Positions 33,589 through 45,534 of a DNA stretch of 64,000 nucleotides are shown here, in pieces. The notes beneath the pieces are model-generated. The model did no database searches. It had not been told where the DNA came from and saw only the letters and a list, made by a program, of their open reading frames with translations. The position numbers and the translations under genes are program-made. Origin of the DNA: Cyanophora paradoxa CCMP329 (lineage: Eukaryota > Plantae > Glaucophyta); assembly GCA_004431415.1 (NCBI GenBank), contig QPMI01000284.1, positions 1 through 64,000 of the forward strand, read 5' to 3'. Each line of letters opens with the position of its first letter. Positions within the stretch are counted from its first letter, which is position 1.

Positions 33589-34756
33589 TTACTTGAGGAT
33601 GCTGTCGGGCGAGTTGAAGAGCTGGCCGGGCGTGCGGTCCTCCACCGCGCGCTCCCGGTAGATCATCTTGCCCTCCTCTGCGAAAAAGGGTCGAATTTAC
33701 TAGTTAAAGAAGCCATAGCCGGCGCCAGCCGCGGGCAGATCTAGACGAGCCATCGCGCGGCCTTCGAAATGAAACCGCACCGGTGCCGATGGCTTGCTCC
33801 TGCGCCGGCGCCGGCACAGCATGCGCATGCGCACGTCAGATCTAGATCTAAAGCGTGTGAAGATTTAGACTAGAACTCTAGTAGACTTGTCGCACCGGCA
33901 GGGTCGCCGCCTTGCCGCCGTAGGTCTCCGTTCCCGACGCTGGCATGTGCATCGGATTCGCGCCCCCCAAAGTCGTGCCGGCGCCGGCGCCGGAATACGT
34001 AGTCCCGCCCATCGGGGCCGACTGGAAGCCAGACGTGCCCTGCAGCCGCGAAACACAGGGTCAAACAGGCCCTCAAACAAGACCCGAGCTCGCGATATCG
34101 ATTGAGACTCCGCCGCCCGCGGCGCGTTTTGCGAAATTGAACGCACGAGGTTGGAGCCCGCGAAGCCGGTCGACGGCGGGTGCGTGTACACCGCCCCAGT
34201 CGCGCCGAGGGGAGTCTTCGATGTCGTGCCGGGCGGGAGGGTCTCTACGGTAAAACCGGCAAGCACCGCAGTCAATTAATATTGCAAGAGGCGTTCAAAC
34301 TTGGCAAATTCGATTTTCGCGGCGGCGCGCTCGACCGCGAATTCGCCGATCGCGAGTTCGAATGAATCACTGAGCGCACCCGGAGCGTAGTAGGCCGTGC
34401 TCTCGGCTCCTGCGAATTTTTAAAATTTGAAGTACCGATGGCTCGTGTCAGATCCTAATATTACAACTGCACAGGGCTCGCCACCATCGATATCCCCGGC
34501 CCGGCCACGCCTCGATTAACGCACCGAGGGCGCTGGTGTTCAGGCGCTCGCCGCGCGTCTCCGCGATATCGGGAATGAGGTGCCGAACGTGCTCGGCCTG
34601 CGGGAAAAACATCAGAAAGCCGGGAAAGCCCGAGGAGATCGCACGCACCGCAGGGGCCGCCGGCTGCGCCGGAGGGCAGACGCAGACGGTAGCGGGCTGA
34701 ACGCACGTCACGCACGTCGTCCCAGCGGTCGTCGTGGTAGGATTGAGCGGGTTCAT
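33589..34756 (-). CDS. Orphan 186-aa Thr/Gly/Pro-rich protein, 7 exons including 19-nt and 30-nt micro-exons
   Basis: Exons 34756-34649, 34597-34525, 34409-34380, 34244-34147, 34039-33896, 33799-33781, 33677-33589. All six introns are GTGCG...AG with matching phases; 561 nt in total, open from ATG to TAA. Confidence 0.75.
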
Positions 34757-35518
34757 TTTGCTGCTCGCCGGGGTCTAGATCTGCGAATTCGAAACGATCG
34801 GCAGGTCAAAATAAGCAGCTCCAAGAGGCCGCACCCGCGCACAGCGGCGCCGCGCGAATTAAATTTCCACAGAAACTAGAAAGATCCCGCGCGCGAAATC
34901 GGTCGCCGCGCGGTTGAGCGGGGAGAGAAAAATTGAAAGAGAACGCGTGCGGCGGCGCGCGCGCGCCGGCCTGGCAGCGATCTCTCCGGATCCTCGCCGT
35001 GTGGCATGCGCCGTGCCCATTGCGCGCGCGCGGGGGAGAGCGGGGGGACGGACCTGTCGTGCTGAACACGTTTAATTTCCGAACTGTGCACCCCCACCCT
35101 GTGGATGTGTACCCCCACCCCGACCTCCAGAGGAGAACCTATATATATAGCTATAGGCTATAAAGCTAGCTAGAGGGCAGCTAATTTAGTTTCTCAAGGA
35201 GAAAACAGAAATTAAAGGGAGCTCTGCAGATTATTCGGCCGGAGATCTAGATCTGGCCCGGAGAATTAAGCTGAGCTCATGATCAGTTTCGATCAAGAGG
35301 ACACGCACATACGAGGGGGGCGCTGCATGCCCAATCAAGCCTTAAAGAGGAGGCTTCTACCCGGCGCACATGTACGGGGTCGGGGGATCGTAAACGCTCG
35401 ATAGATTGCAAGCACAACCGTATCGACCTATCCACCCGTACGCGTACAGCCGACAGGGGACCCCGCTCCACTCCCCTCGCCGCCTCCGACGCAGGCCCCG
35501 CGCGCGACGGTTCGCCGA

Positions 35519-38285
35519 CTAGTCGTCAGTGTCTGCCGGAGCGCCCCGACCCGCGTCAGAGGTCGCCGGAGGGGGTACGGCGCGGGGCCGCGCACCGCCT
35601 CCCCCCTCCTCGAGGGCATCCGCAAAGGCCTCGGCGAAACTGTACCCATCCGCCTCTCCTGCGGGCGGGTGAGACGGGGCGAGGCGGGGGGCGGGGCGGG
35701 GCGGGGCGGGGCGGGGCGGACCGTCGGCGTCGGGGGCGCGGGGCGCGGGGCGCTCCGGGGCGATGGCCTTGCCGCGGCGGACGTCGCGCTTGAGCTTCTT
35801 GGCCGACTTCTTCCGCGCCGCGTTCGTCTGCGGGTTCACCGCCGCCTCCTCCCCCGTCAGCGCCCGCTGCTGCGCCGCCTGCACCGCCCCCGCCGCCCCG
35901 CCCGCCGCCGCTGCCGCCGCCGCTGCTGCCGCCGCCTCCCCTTTCCGCTTCTTGTTCTGCGGGGCGGGCTCGCCTGGTGCGGGGGCGGGGGCGGGGGCGG
36001 GGCGGGGGCGACCTTAGGACCCTCGAGGGCGACGCTGCCGCTCGTCGCCTGCGCCCCGCGCGCCTTCCCCGCCCCCTTCCCCGCCGCCGCCGGCGCCGCC
36101 TCCTCCTCCTCCTCGCCCTCGTCCTCCATCGCGCTCCCGCTGCCCTCACCCTCGTCGTCCTCCTCCTCCTCGTCCTCGTCGTCCTCCATCGCGTCCTCCT
36201 CCTCCGGCTGTCCGCTTGCGGCGGCGAGCACGTGCGCGTCCGCCTCGAGAGGCGCCGAGGACTCCTGCGGGGAGGGGATCAGCGGGGGGGCGCGGGGGGG
36301 CGCCGCGCGGCGCGTGGGGCGGACGATGGCCATGGCGGCGTCGGGGTCGGCGGAGGGGAGCCCGGCGAGCATGGCCTTCTCGCCGGCCTCCAGGGCCGCG
36401 ACGTCGAACTCCTTGCCCCACTGCGCCACGACGCTCGCCTCGAGGTGGACCCCCGGCGCCTCAGCCGGGGGCAGGCAGTAGAAGCGGATGCGGCCCGAGT
36501 TCCAGTCTTGCAGCACCAGCCGCGCCGCCGCCACGGGGTCCGGCACGCCCCCCTGCCCGCCCCTCAGCACCCGGCGCGGGGCGGGGCGGGGCGGGGCGGG
36601 GCGGGTGGGCGGACGCGGCGGAGCTTGCCGCGCTTGCGGGCGACGTGGGCGAGGAACTCGAGGGGCTCCTTGAAGGCCGGCACCTCGTACACCTTCACCA
36701 CGTCCTCCACCCGGCACCGCTGCAGCAGCACCTGCCCCCGCCCCCGCCTCAGCGCCCGCCGCGGGGCACCGCGGGGCGGGGCGGAGCGGGGCGGGCCTGG
36801 ACGGGGACGACGGGGTCGGCGATGGTCTCGACGCGGACGGCGTTGCGGAGGACGACGGCGGGGTCGGTGTCGTTGGAGGAGAAGACGATGCCCGGGCAGT
36901 CGAGCAGCTTGATCTGCTTGTCGATGTGCACCTCCTGCATCGCCTTGGTCGAGCCCGGCGCGTTCGCCACCCCCGCCGCCTTGGACCGCTTCAGCGAGTT
37001 GATCACAGAGGACTTGCCCACGTTCGGGAAGCCGATGATCCCCACCGTGATCGCCGTCTTCACCTTGGCGTTCCGGCAGTAGTTCTTCAGCAGCTGCGCC
37101 CCAGCCCGCCCCGGGCCGTCAGCGGCCCCGAAGACGAGCGCCGGCGCGAGCGCGGGGCGGGGCGGGGCGGGGCGGGGCGGACGGAGAGGAGGTTCTCGGC
37201 GCCGAGGCACTGGTGGCTGGAGAGGAGGTCGGAGCTGGCGTGGAGGGCCCCGACCTGGCTCTGCTGGATGTGCGCCTTCTGGTGCGTCGCCGCCTTGAAC
37301 GCGATCGTCGGGTACTCGTTCCGCAGCCGCGTCAGCCACTTCTCCACCACCTGCCCCCGCCCTCGGCCGCCGCGGCGCGGGGGGAGGCGCGGGGGCGGCG
37401 CGGGCACCTCCTTGGGGACGAGGTCGATCTTGTTGAGGAGGAGGATGATGCGCTTCGAGGGGTCCTGCTTCAGGATCGCCTTCTCCACCTCGGGGCAGCG
37501 GCAGCCCATCGGGTCCCGCGCGTCTAGCACCTGCGCATCGCGGTTCCTGAGCAACACGCCTGCGAGCCCCGCCCCCGCCCGCCGGCCGGGCGGGCGAGCA
37601 CGCACCTCGAGGATCACGTCCGCCGCCTCGACGACCTTCCGGAACTCCTTGAAGTACGCCCGCCGCGACGCGTCTGCCAGCAGCGCGCGTGAGCCGGCCG
37701 CCGCGCGCCGGAGCCCCGCCCCGCCCCGCCCCGCGCACCGCGGTTGCGCCCGCCGGCCTGCGCCGCCTCCGAAGACGACGAGCGCTTGTTGAACTCCTTC
37801 GCCCGGCTGGACGCGTCCTTCGTCATCTGCGCCAGCGTCTTCTGATCCGAGTTGCGTTTCCGCTTCCGCTCCTGCGCCCCGCCGCCGTCAGCTAGCGCGA
37901 GCGCGCGGGTCGGGCCGGCGACCTCGGCAGCGCGCTGCTTAGCCTTCTGCCGTTCCTCCTCCTTCTGCTGCTTCTGCTTCTCGATCTGTTGCAGCAGCTC
38001 CTCCTTGAACGGCCATGAGTTCGGGATCCCCGGATCCTTCTTCGGCCCTGCGCCGCGTACGCGTGAGCGCGATCGCGCGGGGCGCCGCCGCGGCGGGGCG
38101 CACTGAAGGCGCCCTTGGGGTTTTTCTTCGAATCCTTCTCGAGCTTCTTCTTGTGCTCCTTAACCTTGCGCGTGATCTTGTACTTCTTGTTCAAGCTCAC
38201 CCGCTTGGACATGCGCTCTGCGGCGGATCAGCCAGCCGCCCAGCCTGCGCCGCGCGAGCTCGAACGCACTCTTTGCCTTCACCAT
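35519..38285 (-). CDS. GNL3: Nucleostemin/GNL3-like circularly permuted GTPase (Nug1/Grn1/NSN1), multi-exon
   Basis: [55 protein letters not shown]|[19 protein letters not shown] (G4), [16 protein letters not shown] (G1), LLDCPGI (G3), [13 protein letters not shown]. Confidence 0.95.
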
Positions 38286-38464
38286 GGCTGCGGGCTGATG
38301 CGGACGAACAGAGCAGGCGGGGGGAGATCGTGAGGGGGGTAGACTGTGTAGAAACGTTTGCGCGAGGCAGCACTGCCAGCGCCCGTCCCGAGCTAGTGCG
38401 GCATGCCAAAGAGTAGGAGCAGATCCTCCGCTGCAGGCGCGCGTGCTGAGCACAGCCTGCGGCG

Positions 38465-40057
38465 ATGACGGTCCAGCTGGTGAGCTGCGACACGCTATGC
38501 AACGTGCCCCTGGACCCTGCGGTCGCATGCATCTCGCCTACAATCTCCCGCATCCTCCAAGCGAGCGGCGGTCAGCGGTAACGCCCGGCGCGGCGCCCTC
38601 GCGCACGCGTACGAGCCCTGCCGCGCAGGCACCTCGCGGGAGGCGCAGCAGGGCGTCGTGCGCTTTCCCGGGATTCGCTCGGACGCGCTGGCAGACGTCG
38701 TGCGGTACCTGCTGCACGCGCATGCCGCCAATTGCGAGGATGGGGCCGGAGCCCGCGCGGGGGCGTTCGCGCCGGAGCTGCCGTATGCGCTGGAGACGAT
38801 GTCGGCGGCTGCGTACCTCGAGCTGCCGGGCCTCGTCGCCGCCTGCGCCGCCGCCGTCGCCGCGCACTTCGACGGTCCCCGCCCCGCCCCGCCCTGCGCC
38901 ACGCCGTGCCGCGGGGCGCGTGACGCGGGGCAGAGCTGCCGGCGTTCGGGGACCTGGAAGAGGATCTGGTGGGGGAGATCGTGGCCCGCCTGGACGCCCC
39001 CGGCCTCTTCCGCGCCGAGCGCCTCGCCGCCGAGGAGGGCCGCCCTGGGGGCCCCCGCGCCCTCCTCCCCGCCTGGCGCCGCCTCCACGTGCGCGCCCTC
39101 GGCTGGGCGGCGCCCTCGCGGCGAGCGCGCGGGAGCGGCTGCTGCGTTCGCACCTCGAGGGCCTCGCGGCGCGGGCGGCCCCGAGCTCCCCGCCGCCGCC
39201 GCCGCCATCGGGCCCAGCTCGCCGCCTTTGCCCTCCGCCCCGGCGGGCGGCCCTCGCGCGGGCCCCTTCTCCGCCCTCGTGGGCTCGCTGCGCGCGGCCC
39301 GGCGGATCGAGGCGGGCGGGGCGGCCTGGGCAGCGGGCGGGTGGCGGCGCTGGCGGGGCGCTGCGGGGCGGCCCGTCTCGGCCTCGACCTCGCGGAGAAC
39401 GGCCTGGGACCCGCCTCCGCCGCCTCCTCGCCGCCGCCCTCCGCGGTCTCGCCCCGGGCCTCTCCCCGGCCCCGCGCCCCCGCGCGCCCTCCCCGCCCTC
39501 CCCTCCCGCCCGGCCCTCCCGCCCCCGGCCCCGCGGGGATCCGCCCTGGAGCGAGCGCGCGGGGCGCGGCGGCCGCACGTGTCCCTCCCGAGCCTCGCCC
39601 TCCGCGCCCTCGACCTCCCCTCCCGCGCCACGCCGCCCCCGCCGCCCCGCACCGCCCGCCCGCGCCCCGCCCTCGCCGCCCCTCGCCTCGCCTCGCCCAC
39701 TCGAGCCGGCGGCCGCCCAGCCGGGCCCTCCCTCCTCGTCGCACCCACCGGCCGCCCGCCGTCTGACCCGCCGACCGCCCAGCGGGCCCGCCGCGGGGCC
39801 GGCGCTCGCCCCCGGCAAGGAGGGGCCGCGCGGGGCCCGCCGGTGGCGCTGCGGCTGCGTGGCTGTGGGGCGGGCGAGGTGGGCGCCGCCGCCCTCGCCG
39901 ACGCCCTCGCCGCCGGGTGCCCGCCCCGCGAAACGGACCCCGCCGGCGCGGCGCGGGCGGCGCCGACGGAAGCGCAGGGCGTGCCCCACGGAGCTCGACC
40001 TGTCCGGGAACGCGCTCGGCGAGGCCGGCGCCGCCGCCCTCTCCGAGTCGTGCGCCG

Positions 40058-40092
<35 letters not shown>

Positions 40093-41575
40093 CCCCCCCC
40101 CCCCCCCCCCCTCCTTCCCTCCCCCCCCCCCCCCCCCTGCTCCGCGCCGCCCGCCTTCTGACAGAGTCTCCGCGCCGGGCAGGCTCCGCTGGCGCGGCTG
40201 CGCGCTGCGGCGCCTCGGGCTGGCGCGCTGTGGGCTGGGCGGGGCGGGGCTGCGCGCGGTGGCGGTGGCGCTGGCGGCGGGCCCGCAGGCGCTGCACGCG
40301 GTGGACCTCTCGGGCAACGTGGCGGCGATGGACGGCGCATGCCCCGCGGACGCCCTCGCCGCCCTCCTCGCCGCCCCGTGCGCGTGGCGCCCCTCGCGCC
40401 GCCGCCCGCTCCTCACCGCCGCGCAGCACCTGCCCGCCTCCCTCCGCCTCGCCCGCAACCGCCTCCGCCCCGCCTCGTTCGCCGCCGTGCGCCCCCCCCC
40501 CCCCCCGCCTCTGCCGCGGCGGCCGAGGGGGCGCGGCGCAGCTCGCGCAGGCGGCGGCCGCCAGCGAGCGCCTCACGGCGCTGGACCTCTCCGCCTCGGA
40601 GCTGCCGCCGCCCGCCGCCCGCCTCCTTCTCCCCGCCCTCCGCCCCGCCCGGCCCTCGCCGCCCTCGCCCTCGCCCGCTGCCCCCTCGGCCCCCCTTCCG
40701 TGCGCCCCGCCGCAGCGCGCCCCTCGCGCTGCCGGTGACGGGGGCACGATGCGCAGTGCAGGCGCTGGCGGGGGCCCTCGAGAAGAGCACGAACCTGACG
40801 GCGCGGCCCCGCCGCGCCGGCCCCCCAGGCACCGCCCCTCACCCGCCCGCCCCTCCCCGCAGCTGCTCGACCTCTCGCAGAGCGGCGTCGACGGCCCGGC
40901 GGCCGTCGCCCTCGCCCGCGCCGCCGCCCGCTGCCCTCTCCGCGCCCTCCTCCTCGACGTGCCTGCCCCCGCCCCCGCGCCCGTCCCTGGGAGGGCGGCG
41001 GGGCGACGGGGCGCGCGCAGGGGAGCGAGGGTGCGCCCCAGATCGGGAGCGCCGCCTGCGCCGACCTCCTCGCAGAGCTCCGCGTCCGTCGGCCCCCCGC
41101 CCCCTCTCCTTCCCCGGCGACGCTGCGGCAGGGCCAGGGGGCGCTGCGGGTGCTCGGGCTGGGGGCGCAGGGCCTGCGGGACGCGGCGGGGCCGGCGCTG
41201 CTGGCGCTGCTCGCCGGGGGCGCCGTGCGCCGGCTCGAGCTCCGCGACAACTTCCTCTCCGCCGCCACCGCGGGGCCCCTCCTCGACCTCCTCGCCGCCT
41301 CCGCCCCGGCCCCGCCTCCAGAGGCCCAGGGCGAGACAGAGGAGGGGGAGGGGGAGGAGGGGGAGCAGGGGGAGGGGGAGGGCGGGGCTGGGGGCTCGGG
41401 CGGGGGCCCCGGGGGCTGGGACTGGGGCCGGGCGGCCTGGGAGGAGCCGCCGACGCTCCACGTCTCCCTCCTCAACAACCCCCTCCCCGACGACTTCCCC
41501 CCCGCCGCCCGCGCCCGCCTCGCGCCCCTCGCCGCCCGCCTGCCCCCGCACCTCCGGCCCCAGCTCCGCTGCTAG
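38465..41575 (+). CDS. Elongin-C/SKP1 (BTB/POZ)-fold domain fused to a box-like helical motif and RNI-type leucine-rich repeats
   Basis: MTVQLVSCD..ACISPTISRILQASG|GTSREAQQGVVRFPGIRSDALADVVRYL..ALETMSAAAYLEL; then FGDLEEDLVGEIVARLDAPGLFRAE; LRRs LGLDLAENGLG, LDLSGNALGEAGAAAL, VDLSGN, LRLARNRL, LDLSQSGV, LELRDNFLS. Confidence 0.65.
40058..40137. repeat. About 80-nt poly-C tract in an intron of the LRR gene
   Basis: Almost pure C run with a few T, directly after a GTGCGC donor. Confidence 0.85.
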
Positions 41576-42005
41576 CGCCCTCCCCGCCCCCCTCTCGTGC
41601 CCAACGCTCACCCGAGAGCTCCGGTCCGGATAAAAAATTTGACAGACTGGAAATCGGATCGTATCGATTCTTCTTGCCGGAGCGAGACACCGCGAAGTCC
41701 AAGCAGATCTAGAGCTGGGGGAGATGAGAACCGGGAAGTAGGCCTGAGCCTGCGGGCCAAAGTCAGCTGGCTGGACTCGGGCTGAGAAATGGGCGAGCCG
41801 CGCCGGGGGGCACCTCCAAGCTGGGGGAAAGCTGGAGGCGGGGATCGGGGCGAAGAGATGCGGAGCCTTGGCTGTCACTGCGGAGTCCGTGTTCCTGCCC
41901 CTGCTGCTAGAGCACCCTTCTCCCCGCGCGCCCACGCGCCCACGCGCCCACGCGCCCAACTGCTCCACTCTCGAGAATACGCGCGCGAGTCGCCCATCCA
42001 TTGGC

Positions 42006-42425
42006 TCACTTTGGCTTCGCCTTATCTAAGATCTCGGGGTGTTCTTTGATGAACTGCGCTCGCCGCTCGGCCAGGATGGCATCCGTCATCCTCGGCTTCA
42101 AGCACGCGCTCATGTCGCTCGCCTGCGTTCGGCACGTCCAGGCGACCGAAACCGTGCGCCCGCGCTGCGTAGGCTCGCGTCAGAGCACACGCGGACAGGC
42201 ACACGCGGACGCACGGCGCATTCGGCATAGGCTTTGAGGAAGTCGTCGCACTCTGCCAAACGTCAGTGCTAGACCAAGGAAAGCATACGCGGAGAGCGCA
42301 TGCGTGCGGTATGCGGGGCGCGCAGCACCTTTCCTCGCCTGATCCTGCATCTCGCGCTCGAGCCGACGCTCGACCCGATGCGGCAGCAAGATGCCGGCCG
42401 GCTCGACCTTGCCCGCTTGCGCCAT
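42006..42425 (-). CDS. CMC1: Twin CX9C mitochondrial COX assembly protein Cmc1-like, 3 exons
   Basis: MAQAGKVEPAGILLPHRVERRLEREMQDQARK|ECDDFLKAYAECA|RGRTVSVAWTCRTQASDMSACLKPRMTD..; two exact CX9C motifs. Confidence 0.85.
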
Positions 42426-43239
42426 CTTCACCTATACGCACAGCCGCTAAGCTGCCAGGCTGCTGCGCAGTGTTGCGACGAGTGAGCTTTCAGGGGGTAC
42501 GGAATTCTTCTCACTTGCGAGCCTGCAGCTGGACGCCGCCACGCGCGGGCATATCATAGTATGCGGATGCGCATGCGAAGAGCTCCCGGCTGCGTGTGCA
42601 TGAAAAGACGAATTTGAAGCAAACTCTCGGCCATCTGCAGCTGTGAAGCTGTGAATTTCCTACGTCATAAAAGGAGTGCGAATTCGAATGAAAAAGAAGC
42701 GATCGCGAGCGTCATTCGCCTTCACAACGCCCGATAACTCGAACATGATCTGCATCACTGCATCAAGAATTCCAAGGGCAAAACCGTTGAACTGATCGAG
42801 GAGTGCAGCTGGATCGAAAGCGCTAGCGGGTGCTGCTCATCCGCGTCTCGTTACGTATACGGCCTGCTCGGTCTCGTAAAACGAAGGCAGAAAAACGCGG
42901 GCACTGTACAGCGGCTAAGTACAATAACTACTCTAGGGGTCCTTTCAACACTACACGCTTATCATGAATTGAGTAAATTACTTAATGCTTAAGCATCTCA
43001 TATCGACCAGCGTCTCAAATGAGCACTGTCACTGTAACGGGGAGAAGTCTCCCCAAAGGAAGCTGCGCTGAAACGCAGCCTGCGTTTCTACAGTAAACGT
43101 TCAATACATAGCGAAGGGTTAAACGAGGGGCGCCAGGCAGCATACGAATCTGCCGATCAAAATCTCACGAGATTTTGCCGAATTCGAATGGGCTGATCTA
43201 CACGTTTTACAGGAGCCCAGCAGGAAGCGGAAAAAGAAG

Positions 43240-44764
43240 CTAGGCGAGAGTGTCCGGCGGGGGCTCGTAGGGGGCGGGGGGTCGCCCGCGGGGGACGGCG
43301 GTGGGGGAGGGGGCCTGGACGACGACGCGCGGGACGGCCTCGGGGAGGAGGCGGGCGCGCTTGGCCGGCGGCTCGGGGGCGGCGAGGCAGGCCGGCAGCG
43401 GGAATACAGGAGGCGCCTCCCACGCCTCCTCCCGCCCCTCGTGGATGCGCGGCGTGCTGCGCCGCGACGAGGCCGAGGAGGCGGAGGAGGCGGAGGAGGA
43501 GGAGGCGGTGGAGGCGGCGGAGGAGGCGGAGCTCCAGCCGGACTGCGAGCGGCGCCGCTCGAGCAGCTTGTTCACCAGCAGGCTCCGGTAGAGCGAGAGG
43601 TCCCCCTCCCGGCCCGCCGCCGCCGCCCCGCCCCGCCCCCCCCGCAGCGGCGCCGGCAGCGGGATGCCCGACGCCAGCGCCGCTGGCGCCACGCTCGGCG
43701 GCGGCGGCGGAGCCAGGGGCGCCGGCGGAACGAAGGCGGGCGGCGGGGCCAGGGTGGCGGGGCGAGGGCCGCCAGCAGCGGCGCGGTCGGGGCGGCGGGA
43801 GGGGCGCGGGGAGGGGCGGCCCCGGGGCGACGGGGGACGGGGAGCGGGAACCGAGGGCGATGGCGAGGTCGGCGGGAGGCGGCGCGGCGGGGCCGGGCGG
43901 GCGGCGGCGAAGGCGTCGGGCTCGAGCACGTCCGGCGGGCGCGCGGGGCCGCCGCCGCCGCCGTCGGCGAGGCGCACGAGCGCCTGCGCCGCGTCCTTCT
44001 CGGGCGACGCCGAGGCCGGCGCAGCGGCCGGGCCCGGGCTGGGGCCGGGGCCGGGGATGTGGAGAGGCGGGAGCGACGGGGCGCGGGCCATGGAGTCGGA
44101 GAGGTGGAAGAGCCAGGCGAGGAGCGGGGCGCCCTCCTCGGGGCTCCGCTGCCGCGGCGCCAGCACCTCCGCCAGCACCGTCGGGTCCGTCCCCATCTTC
44201 ACCGCGTGCGCCATCAGCTGCTGCGCCCACGCCTGTCCCCGCCTTCTTTCTCAGCCTCCTCCGCGCGCGGGCACCGGCGTGCGGCGCGGAGGCGGACCGA
44301 GAACGCGATGGGGTTGATGGGCGGCAGGGAGGGCCCGTCCTGCCAGGGCGGCGAAGGTGCCGATCGCGCCTCCGGAGCGTCCTCTGAGGGCGCGCTGCCG
44401 TGGCTCGCGGGGCTGACGTGCGAGCTGCCCATGCTCGCCCGTGGGCTGCTCCCGCCAGAGCGCGACGATCCGGTGGAACCACCCTCCTCCCCATCCTCGA
44501 ATTCTGCAGCAATCCACTGAGCGCGGCGTACACGCGAAGCTCTCGATTGCGAGGCGACCCACCTTTAGTAGTTCGCTTGCGGCCTTCGCGGGAACCAGTC
44601 GCCTCTTCAGGAGATGGCTCGTGCGGGCTCCGCTCGCGTTCACTTTCGCAAGGTAATATGCCCTTGGTATCTCTCGATACGCCATCTTTTCTGTGTTCGC
44701 CTTGCGGGCCAGCCACCGCGTCTTCGAGGATCATCCGCGCATCACTCCCGGCGTCTGAAGGCAT
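43240..44764 (-). CDS. Hypothetical Pro/Ser/Ala-rich protein, 3 exons
   Basis: Phase-consistent splicing MPSDAGSD..RKRTTK|EFEDGEEG..INPIAFS|AWAQQLMAHAVKMG..PPPDTLA*; no domain recognised. Confidence 0.55.
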
Positions 44765-45534
44765 GCCTGGTTGCTTGATCCACTGCTACAGGCACCCAGG
44801 TCTGTAAACACATCGAATGAACTGGCGCAAGACTGGCCTGGGGGCCTGGCACCCAACTGTAAAACAAATGGGACTCACCGCCCGTGCACCGACCTAGCTG
44901 CGGGCCAGCATCCCGCCCGACTGCTTCCAATCCTCGGATTTATTGCCAGCTGATCAGCAAAGCACTCAGCGAGCGCGGGGGACTTGGGCGCCGTGGAGCG
45001 GGAGCTGGGGACGCGCGAAACTGGCTCTGCGGCCGATCCAGCACACTCCCCGCAAGATGCGGGCCCGATGAGGAGTCCGCCGCGCCCTCCCGCACCGCGT
45101 CGAGTGCGCGCGCGCGGGCTGCCCTCACGTGGTTGGCCGATTCCCTAGCGTACCCCTCCGAGGCTCCCGCTGCAGGAATACACGAGAATCCCGCTCACGT
45201 GCTTGGGCGATCCGGTACCCAGCTCGAGCTTGGTCGCGCGCAGCGGGGCGTACGCGTGCCGCGGCCGCAACGTAGAGCTCGAGCGCTGGCACAGGAGACG
45301 GACAGCAGGGCCCGGCCGCGTTGGCGCGGCGCGGGTCTGTTGCAGAGGGCAGGGGGGTACCAAATCAAAGTCATAATGTTAGGGCCGCTGTTCAAGCCGG
45401 AGATTTAGCGGGAGAAGTAAAGGAGTCTCAATAGCTGGGCGACCTGCTTCCCTGGTTGCGTCTATAGCTAGCTTGTGGGAGTGCTCCGATCGACTTCGCT
45501 AGCGGGGCGAACTTAGTGAGCTCAGCAGGCTGCA

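Noticed and set aside
42560-43230. AT-richer intergenic stretch as a possible ncRNA or transposon remnant
   Set aside because: No TIR/TSD, tRNA, snRNA or coding signature that I could recognise.
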